Origin: Longimicrobiales bacterium | Lineage (GTDB): Bacteria; Gemmatimonadota; Gemmatimonadetes; Longimicrobiales; Gaopeijiaceae | Assembly: GCA_965218295.1 (NCBI GenBank) | Contig: CBDCKN010000008.1 | Coordinates: 12,330-76,329, forward strand | Direction of reading: 5' to 3' | DNA: 64,000 nucleotides | Shown: one piece after another, positions 31,565 to 40,881 of the stretch | Layout: the number at the start of each line of letters is the position of its first letter | Position numbering within the stretch: the first letter of the stretch is position 1 | The notes under the pieces: model-generated | Databases searched by the model: none | What the model saw: the letters and a program-made list of their open reading frames with translations, nothing else | Told to the model about the DNA's origin: nothing | Made by a program: the position numbers and the translations under genes

Positions 31565-33868
31565 TCAGTCGTAGTCACGGCGGAGACCCGCGTACCGGAC
31601 CACCAGACTCTTTCTGCCCACCGACTCGAAGTTGATCGTCACCTTGAGATCTCTCCCAAAGCCCGAGACTTCGCCCACGGTTCCGGACCCGAACGTCTCG
31701 TGGACCACCCTCTCACCCTTCACGAAGCGTGGAAGGTCCTGGTTGAGGGCGTCGTCGAGATCGAGATCGTCGTCTGGCGTCTCCCGGTCGCTGGCCACAT
31801 ACGATCTATCCCGGCGGGCCCTCCGTGACAGGTAACCTCCCGTACTCCCCACGACCGAGGTCTCCACCTCTTCCAGGAGATGCTCGGGAATGGCTGCGAC
31901 GAACGGTGAGAGACGTCCATACATGATGTCGCCGGCGCGGCGTCGTTGCCGAGCGTGGGTCAGAAAGAGCTTGTCCTCGGCCCGCGTGATCCCGACGTAA
32001 AAGAGGCGACGCTCCTCCTCCAGCTCCGCCGGCTCGTCGTAGGCGCGGCTCAACGGGAAGAGCCCGTCTTCGAGCCCCGAGATGAATACCACCGGAAATT
32101 CCAGCCCCTTGGCGTTGTGGAGGGTCATCATCGTCACCGCGTCGGCGTCGGGGTCGTGGCGATCCACGTCGGCCACGAGTGCGACCTGTTGGAGGAACAA
32201 ATCGAGCTCGGTGAAGTGATCGAAGTCGTCGTCTTCCAACTCCTCCATGAGCTCTGCATTGTAGTCGAGCGCCCCGGCGATGAGCTCGCGTACGTTGTCG
32301 GCCCGATCCTCGCCCTCGGGTCCTTCGTCCTCGAGATGGCGTGAGAGCTCCAGTTCCTTCACGAGACTCTCTATTAGCTCGCCTACCCGCATCTGGGAGG
32401 CCAGCGCCGAATACCTCTGTATCAGTATGGCGAACCGCTTGAGGCCCCTGGCGCCCGCCGTCGGAATCTCGGGCGCTTCGTCGGCCCTTGAGGCCGCCTC
32501 CAACAGTCCGACTTCATGGGACTCGGCCCAGCTCGCCAGACGCTCCTGCGTGGCGGCGCCGACCCCGCGGCGGGGGTAGTTCACGATGCGCTCGAACGCC
32601 CCGGCATCCAGGGGATTCGAGATGAGCCGAAGGTAGGCCAGGACGTCCTGGATCTCACGACGCTCGTAGAACCGGACCCCGCCGACGATCTGGTACGGCA
32701 GGCCCCGCCGGCGAAACACGTCCTCCAGCGCCCGGGACTGGGCGTTGGTACGATAGAGGATGGCTACCTCGCGATGCGTGAGACCGGGAGCCTCCGCCAG
32801 GCGGCCCTCGATCTGATCGCAGATCCAACGTGCCTCGTCCGTCTCGCCAGCAGAGGTCAGGAGCGTGATCCGCTCCCCCCCTGCTCGATCCGTGCGCAGC
32901 GTCTTCCCCTTCCGCTGCACGTTTTCCGCGATGACCGTGTTGGCCGCTGAGAGGATCACTTCGGTGGAGCGGTAGTTCTGCTCCAAGCGCACGACATGTG
33001 CACCCAGAAACGCCGTCTCGAAGTCGAGGATGTTTCGGATGTCGGCTCCCCGCCAGCCATAGATACTCTGATCGTCGTCTCCCACGACCATGAGGTTCTG
33101 GTGCTCCGACGCCAAGAGCTCCACGAAACGGAATTGCGCGCGATTCGTGTCCTGATACTCGTCCACCAGCACGAAGTTGAAGCGGCGTCGATACCTGCTC
33201 AGAAGATCCGGATGGGCCTCGAGAAGCTCCACCGGCTTGACCAGCAGGTCATCGAAGTCGAACGCGTTCTGGTTCTTCAACGACTCCTGGTACGCCGGGT
33301 ACACTCGGGCCACGTTGCGGGCCAAGATGTCGGAGCTCCCCTCGTTCTCTTCGACGAACTGCTGCGGCGAGACGAGCTGATTCTTCGCTCCGCTCAGGTG
33401 CGCGCGAATCGCCTTCGGGCTCCAACGCCGCGTGTCCAGACCCACCGCCTCGGCCGTCTTCTTGATGAGCTTGAGACTCTGCTCGGCATCGAAGATGGTG
33501 AAGGTGTTCGTCCAACCCAGGCTCGGAGCATGCCGGCGCAGAAGGCGAGCACCCAGGGAGTGGAAAGTGCCGATCCACATGCCTCGGGGCTTCTCGCCCA
33601 GCAGAACGGTGATCCTCTCCCGCATCTCGCCGGCTGCCTTGTTGGTGAACGTGACGGACAAGATACGGTCAGGGGGAACGCCCTGTTCGTGGATCAGGTG
33701 AGCGACGCGGGTGGTGAGGACGCGGGTCTTGCCCGACCCGGCACCTGCCAAGACGAGCAGCGGTCCCTCGAAATGCGTCACCGCCTCGCGTTGGCTCTCG
33801 TTCAGCTGCGTCAAATACGAATCGGAGGCGACCGCGCGCCGGTCCCGTGCTTCAGCAGAGGTGTTCAG
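31565..33868 (-). CDS. uvrD: UvrD/PcrA superfamily 1 DNA helicase (start uncertain: CTG 33868 or TTG 33814)
   Basis: LAGAGSGKT, VDEYQDTN, VGDDDQSIY, LEQNYRS, TLHNAKGLEF, EERRLFYVGITRA, C-terminal tudor-like HETFGSG. Confidence 0.93.
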   Translation of the reverse strand: MNTSAEARDRRAVASDSYLTQLNESQREAVTHFEGPLLVLAGAGSGKTRVLTTRVAHLIHEQGVPPDRILSVTFTNKAAGEMRERITVLLGEKPRGMWIGTFHSLGARLLRRHAPSLGWTNTFTIFDAEQSLKLIKKTAEAVGLDTRRWSPKAIRAHLSGAKNQLVSPQQFVEENEGSSDILARNVARVYPAYQESLKNQNAFDFDDLLVKPVELLEAHPDLLSRYRRRFNFVLVDEYQDTNRAQFRFVELLASEHQNLMVVGDDDQSIYGWRGADIRNILDFETAFLGAHVVRLEQNYRSTEVILSAANTVIAENVQRKGKTLRTDRAGGERITLLTSAGETDEARWICDQIEGRLAEAPGLTHREVAILYRTNAQSRALEDVFRRRGLPYQIVGGVRFYERREIQDVLAYLRLISNPLDAGAFERIVNYPRRGVGAATQERLASWAESHEVGLLEAASRADEAPEIPTAGARGLKRFAILIQRYSALASQMRVGELIESLVKELELSRHLEDEGPEGEDRADNVRELIAGALDYNAELMEELEDDDFDHFTELDLFLQQVALVADVDRHDPDADAVTMMTLHNAKGLEFPVVFISGLEDGLFPLSRAYDEPAELEEERRLFYVGITRAEDKLFLTHARQRRRAGDIMYGRLSPFVAAIPEHLLEEVETSVVGSTGGYLSRRARRDRSYVASDRETPDDDLDLDDALNQDLPRFVKGERVVHETFGSGTVGEVSGFGRDLKVTINFESVGRKSLVVRYAGLRRDYD

Positions 33869-33882
33869 TGCATCGACTCCGA

Positions 33883-35100
33883 TCAGGGACGGGCCGCAGG
33901 AAGACGGACCTCGAAGGTGGCTCCAGCACCCTCGGTGTCCAGAAGATATATGTGACCCTTGTGGCCAGACTCGACGATCCGACGGGACAGGGTGAGGCCG
34001 ACCCCCCAACCACGGTCCTTTCCGCTGACGCCGGGCTCGAAAATCTTGTCGCGCACCTCCGGATCCACCCCCGGGCCCGTATCCTTGATGCGCAGATGCA
34101 CCCAGCCCGGAAGACCCTTTCGGACCTGCAGCAGGATCTCGCCCCCCCGTCCGGCCATCGCGTCCAAGGCGTTCTTCACCACGTTCTCGAGAGCCCATGA
34201 GAGGAGCACTTCATTCCCGAGGATCTTCGGCATGCCCTTGGGCACGTCGACGACGATGAGGATGCCAGTGGTGAGCCTGGGAAGACGCGCCTGCAGGTAG
34301 CTCTCCAGCTCCCTCACGACCTCACGGATGTCCAGGGGCTCCAGCTCGGGATCCAGACCGATGAGCTCGAAGCGGTGGCTGATACGCTCCAGCCTCACGA
34401 GATCCTCCTCGATCCCACCGGCGACGGTGTCGGACTCGAGGGATCCGGGCCTTTCCTCCACCGGCAGGCGAAGAAGCTCCAGCCAACCCTGCAGGGACGA
34501 GATGGGCGTCCCCAACTGGTGAGCCAGCTCGCGCGCCATAACTGTCCAAGCCTTCTCCTGCTCAGCTCTGCGCTGGTACCGGATCACGAGGAATCCGATG
34601 AGCAGGGTGATCGCCAGACCGCTGGCCTGGAAGTAGGGAATCCACTTGAGCCCGGACAGCTGTGGAGTATCCCCGAAGTGGATCACGTTCCCCCCAGCCC
34701 CCCTGACGGGTTCGCGGCCCGTGGCGGTCAGGCGCCGGACCAACGCTTTGACCTGCTCCTGGCCCTCCGGAGTGTAGATGTCGAACGGCAGGTTCTCCAC
34801 TGAAAGGACGCTGTCAGCCCCGTCCATGACGATCAGAGGAATGAGCGACCGGATGACGACCCCCTGTAGTTCGAAGAGGGCGAGGTCGAAACGGCCCGCA
34901 TCCCGGAATCCCTCCTCGACGTCCGCCGTCTCTAGGTCTCCCGGGTCCTGGATGAGCTCCTGGGCGAGGGTGAACACCTCCGTCATGAGCTCTTGGTTGC
35001 GATGCAGCCCGTCGACGATTTGCTTGGTATAGAGGAGATACCAAGCCAAAAGTGCAAAAAAGAGCGTGGCCAGCGCAACGGGCCACTTGATGCGCATCAT
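33883..35100 (-). CDS. Membrane sensor histidine kinase
   Basis: Two TM segments, H-box ELAHQLGTPIS, N-box ENVVKNALDA, DTGPG, GWGVGL. Confidence 0.92.
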   Translation of the reverse strand: MMRIKWPVALATLFFALLAWYLLYTKQIVDGLHRNQELMTEVFTLAQELIQDPGDLETADVEEGFRDAGRFDLALFELQGVVIRSLIPLIVMDGADSVLSVENLPFDIYTPEGQEQVKALVRRLTATGREPVRGAGGNVIHFGDTPQLSGLKWIPYFQASGLAITLLIGFLVIRYQRRAEQEKAWTVMARELAHQLGTPISSLQGWLELLRLPVEERPGSLESDTVAGGIEEDLVRLERISHRFELIGLDPELEPLDIREVVRELESYLQARLPRLTTGILIVVDVPKGMPKILGNEVLLSWALENVVKNALDAMAGRGGEILLQVRKGLPGWVHLRIKDTGPGVDPEVRDKIFEPGVSGKDRGWGVGLTLSRRIVESGHKGHIYLLDTEGAGATFEVRLPAARP

Positions 35101-35173
35101 GGGGCGGATCCTCCGTTACGCTGGTCGATCCCCCTCTGCATTGTCCTGCCCGCCCTACCGGACTCCCGATCCA

Positions 35174-36451
35174 CTACGCTTCGATGATCGCGAGGCCGAG
35201 TCGCTCCTGGAGGGCTTCGGGTATCCGCACCGAGCCGTCGGCCTGCTGGTATGTTTCCAGGAGGGCCACGATGAGTCTCGGAAGAGCCAGGGCCGAACCG
35301 TTGAGCGTGTGTACGAACTCGGGCTTTCCCCCGGCCACCGGACGGTAGCGGAGGTTGGCCCTCCGGGCCTGATAGTCGGTGCAAGTGCTGCAGCTTGACA
35401 CCTCGAGCCACTGTGCGACGCCAGGCGCCCAAACTTCCAGGTCGTAGGTCATCCCGGCTGAGAATCCGAGATCCTCGGTGGCCAAAGTCACAACCCGGTA
35501 ATGGAGACCCAGCCGTTGAAGGATCGATTCCGCCTCGGCGGTGAGCTCCTCCAGGGCCTCACGCCCCCGCTCCGGGGTCTCATACCGGACCAGCTCCACC
35601 TTGTCGAACTGGTGGACTCGTAGAAGGCCCCGTGTGTCGGCCCCAGCGGCCCCCGCCTCTCGGCGGAAGCAGGGGCTGTACGCCGTATACCGTACCGGAA
35701 GATCTTGGGCCGACAGAAGCTCGTCGCGATGCAGGTTGGTCACGGGCACTTCGGCGGTCGGGATCAACCACAGGGCGTCCCGCTCGGTCTGATACGACTC
35801 GTCGGCGAACCTGGGTAGCTGGCCCGTGCCCATGAGGGTGTCGCGGGTCACGAGATACGGGACCCGGACCTCGGTATAGCCGTTCTCCCCTGTGTGGATG
35901 TCGAGCATGTAGTCGATGAGGCACCGCTGCAGCCGGGCTCCAACGCCCTTGAGCACGGGAAAGCCCGAGCCGGAGATCTTGGTTCCCCTGGGCAGATCCA
36001 GGATGTCGAGGTCGCTTCCGAGCTCCCAGTGGGGCTTCGGCTCGAAGTCGAACTCCACCGGCGAGCCCACCACTCGGACGACCTCGTTGCACTCCACATC
36101 TCCCTCGGGCACCTCCTCCAGAGGGAGATTCGGGATCAACAGCAGGAGCTCACGAATCCGGCTCTCTGCTTCGACGACCTCGGCATCGATCTCTGAGATG
36201 CGCTGACCGACATCACGCATCTCGGCAATCATGTCGTCGGCGTCAGCACCCTCCCGCTTGAGCTCGCCGATCTTCTTCGAGGCTTCGTTCCGCTCCGCTT
36301 TGAGGTCGTTCACCTCACTGAGACACGCCCGCCGTCTCTCGTCGAGCTCCAGAGTCTCGTCGACGGATTCCACTAGTCCCTTCAATCCTCGCCGCGCCAG
36401 GGCGGCTTTCACCACATCAGGCTCGCTCCGGATTCGCCGAATGTCGAGCAC
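35174..36451 (-). CDS. serS: Serine--tRNA ligase
   Basis: LDIRRIR, LIPTAEVP, CFRREAG, RVHQFDKVE, EVSSCS, HTLNGS; GTG start. Confidence 0.97.
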   Translation of the reverse strand: MLDIRRIRSEPDVVKAALARRGLKGLVESVDETLELDERRRACLSEVNDLKAERNEASKKIGELKREGADADDMIAEMRDVGQRISEIDAEVVEAESRIRELLLLIPNLPLEEVPEGDVECNEVVRVVGSPVEFDFEPKPHWELGSDLDILDLPRGTKISGSGFPVLKGVGARLQRCLIDYMLDIHTGENGYTEVRVPYLVTRDTLMGTGQLPRFADESYQTERDALWLIPTAEVPVTNLHRDELLSAQDLPVRYTAYSPCFRREAGAAGADTRGLLRVHQFDKVELVRYETPERGREALEELTAEAESILQRLGLHYRVVTLATEDLGFSAGMTYDLEVWAPGVAQWLEVSSCSTCTDYQARRANLRYRPVAGGKPEFVHTLNGSALALPRLIVALLETYQQADGSVRIPEALQERLGLAIIEA

Positions 36452-36452
36452 G

Positions 36453-37037
36453 TCAGTCTTCGTCTGGAGGGATGAGGTCCCGGTCGCTACAAAGGGGATT
36501 CGCGTCGTAGACGAACCGTAACGTGCCCAACGGTACATCGATCTCCAGGGCTTCCATCTTGGCATAGAAGACGCAATTGAAGCCGAACCGATCCGGACCC
36601 AGGTTCGTTCGGATCACGTAAACCGAGCCTAACGCCAGCGGGACGGCCTCGTCACTCGTGTAGGCGGTCGTGTCGGCCGGAGCCTCGCGCACGTCGTCGA
36701 ATCTCAGGCCGGGAAGCTCGATGATCCTGGCCGCGCTAGGGATTCCGAGAACTTCCGGAAGCAGGAAGACCAGCTGGTCGTCCTGGGTGTCGAGAATAAC
36801 GTCCCAGAGGCCTGTGGACCCAGGCGCCTCGACGATCCGTGTAACCCTGCCGTGGAAGTCGAACGCCGACGGGAGGTTCAGCTCGGGGCGGGCGAAAGAG
36901 TAGAGCAGCACCGTGTCGGGGGTCTGAATCCACCCGATGTCGAAGGGGTTTCTCCCTTCACATGCGGCCAGCCCGAAACTCACAGCGATCGCAGCGACGC
37001 CGATGGTCGCAAATCTAGGGAGGATGTACCTGTTCAC
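36453..37037 (-). CDS. Hypothetical lipoprotein, possibly HmuY-like fold
   Basis: Signal peptide with lipobox LAAC; start at GTG(NRYILP) inferred. Confidence 0.7.
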   Translation of the reverse strand: MNRYILPRFATIGVAAIAVSFGLAACEGRNPFDIGWIQTPDTVLLYSFARPELNLPSAFDFHGRVTRIVEAPGSTGLWDVILDTQDDQLVFLLPEVLGIPSAARIIELPGLRFDDVREAPADTTAYTSDEAVPLALGSVYVIRTNLGPDRFGFNCVFYAKMEALEIDVPLGTLRFVYDANPLCSDRDLIPPDED

Positions 37038-37066
37038 ACGCAATTTTGGGTTGAAATTGAGGCCCA

Positions 37067-37148
37067 AGACTACCCGAAGTGACTCGAGGGTGTCAACCCT
37101 GCAAGTGCCTGACGTTCCTTGACTTCTACACCATTTAGCGGGTAGGTT
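37067..37148. promoter_or_regulatory. Back-to-back divergent sigma-70-type promoters
   Basis: Minus: TTGACA-N18-TAGTCT (37096-37067); plus: TTGACT-N18-TAGGTT (37119-37148). Confidence 0.55.
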
Positions 37149-37185
37149 CCCGCCCCGAGATCGCCTCAGGAAGGAGCCGAAATCG

Positions 37186-37587
37186 ATGCCGAAGGCTGCT
37201 AAATCCGCTGCCCCACGCGGGCACATCCTGGTAGCCGATGACGAGCCCCATATTCGGCGTATCCTGCAGACACTTCTCGAGACGGCCGCCTTCCACGTTG
37301 ACACCCAGCCCGACGGCACGGCGGCCATCAAGGCCCTCGAGGGTGATGAGCGCTACGACCTGATCCTCTTGGACATCATGATGCCCGGGGCCACCGGCCT
37401 GGAGGTACTCAGCCACCTCCGCGAGCTCAAGCATCGTAAGTCCACACCCGTTGTCATTCTCACGGCCAAGGGACAGGATGCGGACCGCGAGCAGGCATTC
37501 TCCCTGGGAGCGAACGACTTCCTCACCAAGCCCTTCAGCCCCAAGAAGCTCCTTGCCAGAATCAACGAGATCCTCCAGGGATCCTGA
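37186..37587 (+). CDS. Single-domain (CheY-like) response regulator
   Basis: ILVADDE, LLDIMMP, ILTAK, KPFSP. Confidence 0.93.
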   Translation: MPKAAKSAAPRGHILVADDEPHIRRILQTLLETAAFHVDTQPDGTAAIKALEGDERYDLILLDIMMPGATGLEVLSHLRELKHRKSTPVVILTAKGQDADREQAFSLGANDFLTKPFSPKKLLARINEILQGS

Positions 37588-38725
37588 TCCCCACCTCTAC
37601 ATCACGATTCTGGCGGGAGGAGTCGGAAGTCGATTCTGGCCCGCAAGCACTCCCGCGAGGCCCAAACAACTGCTCCCACTCGCCTCGTCCGAGCCCCTCA
37701 TCATCGACACCCTCGCGAGGGCCCGACGGGTCGTATCCGATGACAGGATCCGCATCCTGACTGGAGCGAAGGTCGCACGTGCCCTAAAGGAAGTTCTGCC
37801 CGACCTGAGCGACGACGGGCTGATGATCGAGCCGCAGACCCGAGGCACGGCACCGGTGCTGGCATGGGCGGCCTGGGAGATGGCCAGGCACGATCCCCAG
37901 GCTGTCCTGATCTCCCTCCACGCCGATCACATGATCAGGCCGGAATCCAGCTTCGTGGATCTGATTCACGCCGCCGCAGCCCTGGCGGGCCGAGAGGACC
38001 TGCTCTTGACGGTGGCGGTCCCACCGACTCGCCCGGAGACGGGATACGGATATATCGAGCCCGGCGAAACCATCGAGGCTTCCGACGGGATCCACGCCTT
38101 TCGCGTGGCGTCTTTCCAGGAGAAGCCGGACCAGGAGACGGCGGAGTCCTATGTGGCAGCCGGCCATCTATGGAACAGTGGTATCTTCCTGTGGAAAGCC
38201 TCGACCTTCCTAGAGGAGTTGGAGGCCGTCGCGCCGGAGATCGCCGATCTCCTTCCCCTCTTGGAGGAGGACAGGGTCCACGAATTCTTCGCCCGGGCCC
38301 CGGTCATGACCGTCGACGTGGCGGTGCTCGAGCGGAGCGGGCGGGTGGCATCCGTCGCCGCGACATTCGAGTGGGATGACGTAGGTAGTTGGGAGGCGCT
38401 GATGCGCAGCCAGGAACCCGACGAAAAGGGCAACGTGATCATTGGGAGCGGGCACATGGTCGAGAGCTCGCGGAACGTGGTCTACTCCCCCGAGGGCACC
38501 GTGGTGGCCTACGGAGTGGAGGATCTCGTCATCGTCCAGTCCGGGGAGGTGACCCTGGTGACGCGTAGAGAGCTCGCCCCCACCCTGAAGGACCTCCTGG
38601 ACCAGCTTCCCCCGGAGCTCCGGGAGGGAGCGAGCCTTGCGGATGGAGGAGGCCTTGCCGGAGGAACCCTCTCGGACGAGGCCAGCCTGCCGGACGAGAC
38701 CCGCCCCCCGGAGGAAGCCGGCTGA
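37553..38725 (+). CDS. manC: Mannose-1-phosphate guanylyltransferase
   Basis: ILAGGVGSRFWPAS..PKQLL, PETGYGYI, FQEKP, WNSGIF, WDDVGSW; start uncertain. Confidence 0.9.
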   Translation: MPESTRSSRDPDPHLYITILAGGVGSRFWPASTPARPKQLLPLASSEPLIIDTLARARRVVSDDRIRILTGAKVARALKEVLPDLSDDGLMIEPQTRGTAPVLAWAAWEMARHDPQAVLISLHADHMIRPESSFVDLIHAAAALAGREDLLLTVAVPPTRPETGYGYIEPGETIEASDGIHAFRVASFQEKPDQETAESYVAAGHLWNSGIFLWKASTFLEELEAVAPEIADLLPLLEEDRVHEFFARAPVMTVDVAVLERSGRVASVAATFEWDDVGSWEALMRSQEPDEKGNVIIGSGHMVESSRNVVYSPEGTVVAYGVEDLVIVQSGEVTLVTRRELAPTLKDLLDQLPPELREGASLADGGGLAGGTLSDEASLPDETRPPEEAG

Positions 38726-39933
38726 TGAGCCTCTATCTCTTCGACGATGCGCGTGCCCGCGGCTGGTCGCCGTTCGCCACCACCAGACCCACGGGAGAGC
38801 TCCTCTTCGGCTGCCTGCTCCTGCGCGAGCGAGCGGAAAGATTCTGGGGCAGGCGATGCGCTGGGCAGCTGGTGGATCCGGCTCTCACCGGATTCGACGA
38901 GGTCGGTTCCCCGCCGGTCGTCGATGCGGCCGCCGCAGGCGACCAGCCGCTGATCTTCTTCTCGAGTCGAGCGGTTCCCGACCTCGACTCCACGCCTCCC
39001 ACCGACGCCCCGGCCAGGTTGGTCATCGACGGCCAGACCGTGGGGTGGATGGTTCCACCCGACGACGTTTCGCTCGGGGAGAGCGACTTTCTCGACCCTG
39101 AGTCTTCGACGCTGGAAGCGCCTCTTGTGGAGGTACCGGGACAGGTTCTCGGAGAGCCCTGGGAGCTGATGGCCGGGAACGGCGGGCAGGTCTGTCAGGA
39201 CATCCCCGCCATCTTCTCCGAAAGCCGCTTCACGCTGCCCGAGGGCGTTCACTGCTCGGGAGCCGAGCGGATCTCGGTGGGCTCCGGCGTGAGGCTCGAG
39301 GCCGGCGTACATCTGGACGCCACAGACGGACCGATCCGTCTCTCTGACGACGTCCACGTGCTGGCTTTCACGCGACTAGCCGGTCCCGCCTTCGTGGGCC
39401 CCGGGACTCATATGCTCGGCGGGGCAGTCCAGAACGTCAGCATCGGCCCGGTCTGCAAGGTCCGCGGCGAAGTGGCCAGCTCCGTGGTGCTGGGATACTC
39501 CAACAAGGCCCACGACGGGTATCTGGGTCACTCCTATGTCGGGAAGTGGGTGAACCTGGGCGCCTTCACCACCAACAGCGACCTCAAGAACAACTACAGT
39601 ACTGTGCGGGTGCCTACCCCCGGGGGCCTGGTGGACACAGGCCTCATGAAGGTCGGTTGTCTGATCGGAGATCACGCCAAGACCGGGATCGGCACGCTGC
39701 TCTCCACCGGCAGCGTCGTAGGTGCCGGCAGCAACCTGTTCGGTGGACTCATGTGCCCCAGGCACGTACCTCCCTTCACCTGGGGGTCGTGCGACACGCT
39801 CGAAGAGTACGATCTCGACCGATTCCTCGAGGCGGTTGAGCGGACCATGGGTCGCCGAGATATGCCTCTTGCCGAAGGAGCCCGTACCCTCTTGATAAAC
39901 GCGTGGGAGAGCACGCGGTCGGATCGCTCGTGA
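38725..39933 (+). CDS. GlmU-like putative sugar nucleotidyltransferase with left-handed beta-helix
   Basis: PFATTRP.GEL, SNKAHDGYLGHS..GKWVNLGA.TTNSDLKNNY, GDHAKTGI. Confidence 0.85.
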   Translation: MSLYLFDDARARGWSPFATTRPTGELLFGCLLLRERAERFWGRRCAGQLVDPALTGFDEVGSPPVVDAAAAGDQPLIFFSSRAVPDLDSTPPTDAPARLVIDGQTVGWMVPPDDVSLGESDFLDPESSTLEAPLVEVPGQVLGEPWELMAGNGGQVCQDIPAIFSESRFTLPEGVHCSGAERISVGSGVRLEAGVHLDATDGPIRLSDDVHVLAFTRLAGPAFVGPGTHMLGGAVQNVSIGPVCKVRGEVASSVVLGYSNKAHDGYLGHSYVGKWVNLGAFTTNSDLKNNYSTVRVPTPGGLVDTGLMKVGCLIGDHAKTGIGTLLSTGSVVGAGSNLFGGLMCPRHVPPFTWGSCDTLEEYDLDRFLEAVERTMGRRDMPLAEGARTLLINAWESTRSDRS

Positions 39934-40030
39934 AGCTCGCCCGGGCTAATGAGTACGGTTACGCACCGAGAGGGCCGAAGCGCCCGATCCGGGACACCCG
40001 CGCCGGAAGGCGTGGGTCAGATGCGGGCTC

Positions 40031-40852
40031 GTGAGGGTCTGCGTCCTCGGAACCGGGAGCGGCGGCAACTCGACGTTGGTGGAGGCGGGTGAGACCCGTG
40101 TGCTGGTCGACGCCGGCTTCAGCGGGCGTGACCTGGAGCGACGCCTCTCCCAGGTCGGTCTGCCCCCTGAGGCCATCGACGCCATCGTCATCAGCCACGA
40201 CCACGGTGATCATACCAGGGGCGCCGGCGTGTTCAGCCGCCGGCACGGGACGCCCGTCTACCTGACCGAGCGCACCCTGGCGGCCTGCTCGCGGGTCTTC
40301 CGTGGGACAGAGCCAACCGTCACTTACCGTGCGGGACGGCACTTCGAGGTCGGATCCATCCGTGTCGAGCCGTTCCTGACGGTTCACGATGCGGCGGATC
40401 CGGTGGCGGTAGCCCTGGTCGACGCGACGACAGAGACTCGGGTCGGGGTAGCCACTGACCTGGGGAGGCCGAACGCCCAGATCCGCCTGGCGCTGTCCGG
40501 CGCCGACTTTCTGATCCTTGAGGCCAATCACGACGAGGAGCTGCTCCGGACGGGACCCTATCCTTGGGCGGTCCAGCAGCGCATCGCCTCGAGCCAGGGG
40601 CATCTCTCGAACCACGCCGCCGCACGGTTCGCTTGCGAGCTGCTCCATCCGAGGCTCGCTGGCGTACTCCTGGCTCATCTCTCGCAGGAGTGCAATCGTC
40701 CCGAACTGGCGGAAGCCGTGGTAGGAGATGCCCTACGGGCCGCCGGTTACGAAGGCTTCCTGGGAGTGGCTCCTCAGGGACGGCCGACCGAGTTCATCGA
40801 CATCGAGGAGCTGCGGCGCCGCACCGGACCCGCACAGCTGACGTTGCTTTAG
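40031..40852 (+). CDS. MBL-fold metallo-hydrolase (YycJ/WalJ-like)
   Basis: GTGSGGN, SHDHGDH, LEANHD, GHLSN, HLSQECN. Confidence 0.9.
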   Translation: MRVCVLGTGSGGNSTLVEAGETRVLVDAGFSGRDLERRLSQVGLPPEAIDAIVISHDHGDHTRGAGVFSRRHGTPVYLTERTLAACSRVFRGTEPTVTYRAGRHFEVGSIRVEPFLTVHDAADPVAVALVDATTETRVGVATDLGRPNAQIRLALSGADFLILEANHDEELLRTGPYPWAVQQRIASSQGHLSNHAAARFACELLHPRLAGVLLAHLSQECNRPELAEAVVGDALRAAGYEGFLGVAPQGRPTEFIDIEELRRRTGPAQLTLL

Positions 40853-40881
40853 GAGCCTGGCCGAGTAATGGGGGGGACCTG

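Noticed and set aside
33869..34198. Long N-terminal extensions from the ORF track (uvrD, mrdA, mreD, truB, gatB, serS)
   Set aside because: They overlap upstream genes and lack family similarity; downstream starts fit better
39993..40018. GGAA-tetraloop hairpin as SRP RNA
   Set aside because: Lacks the SRP domain IV internal-loop motif and the long flanking helix
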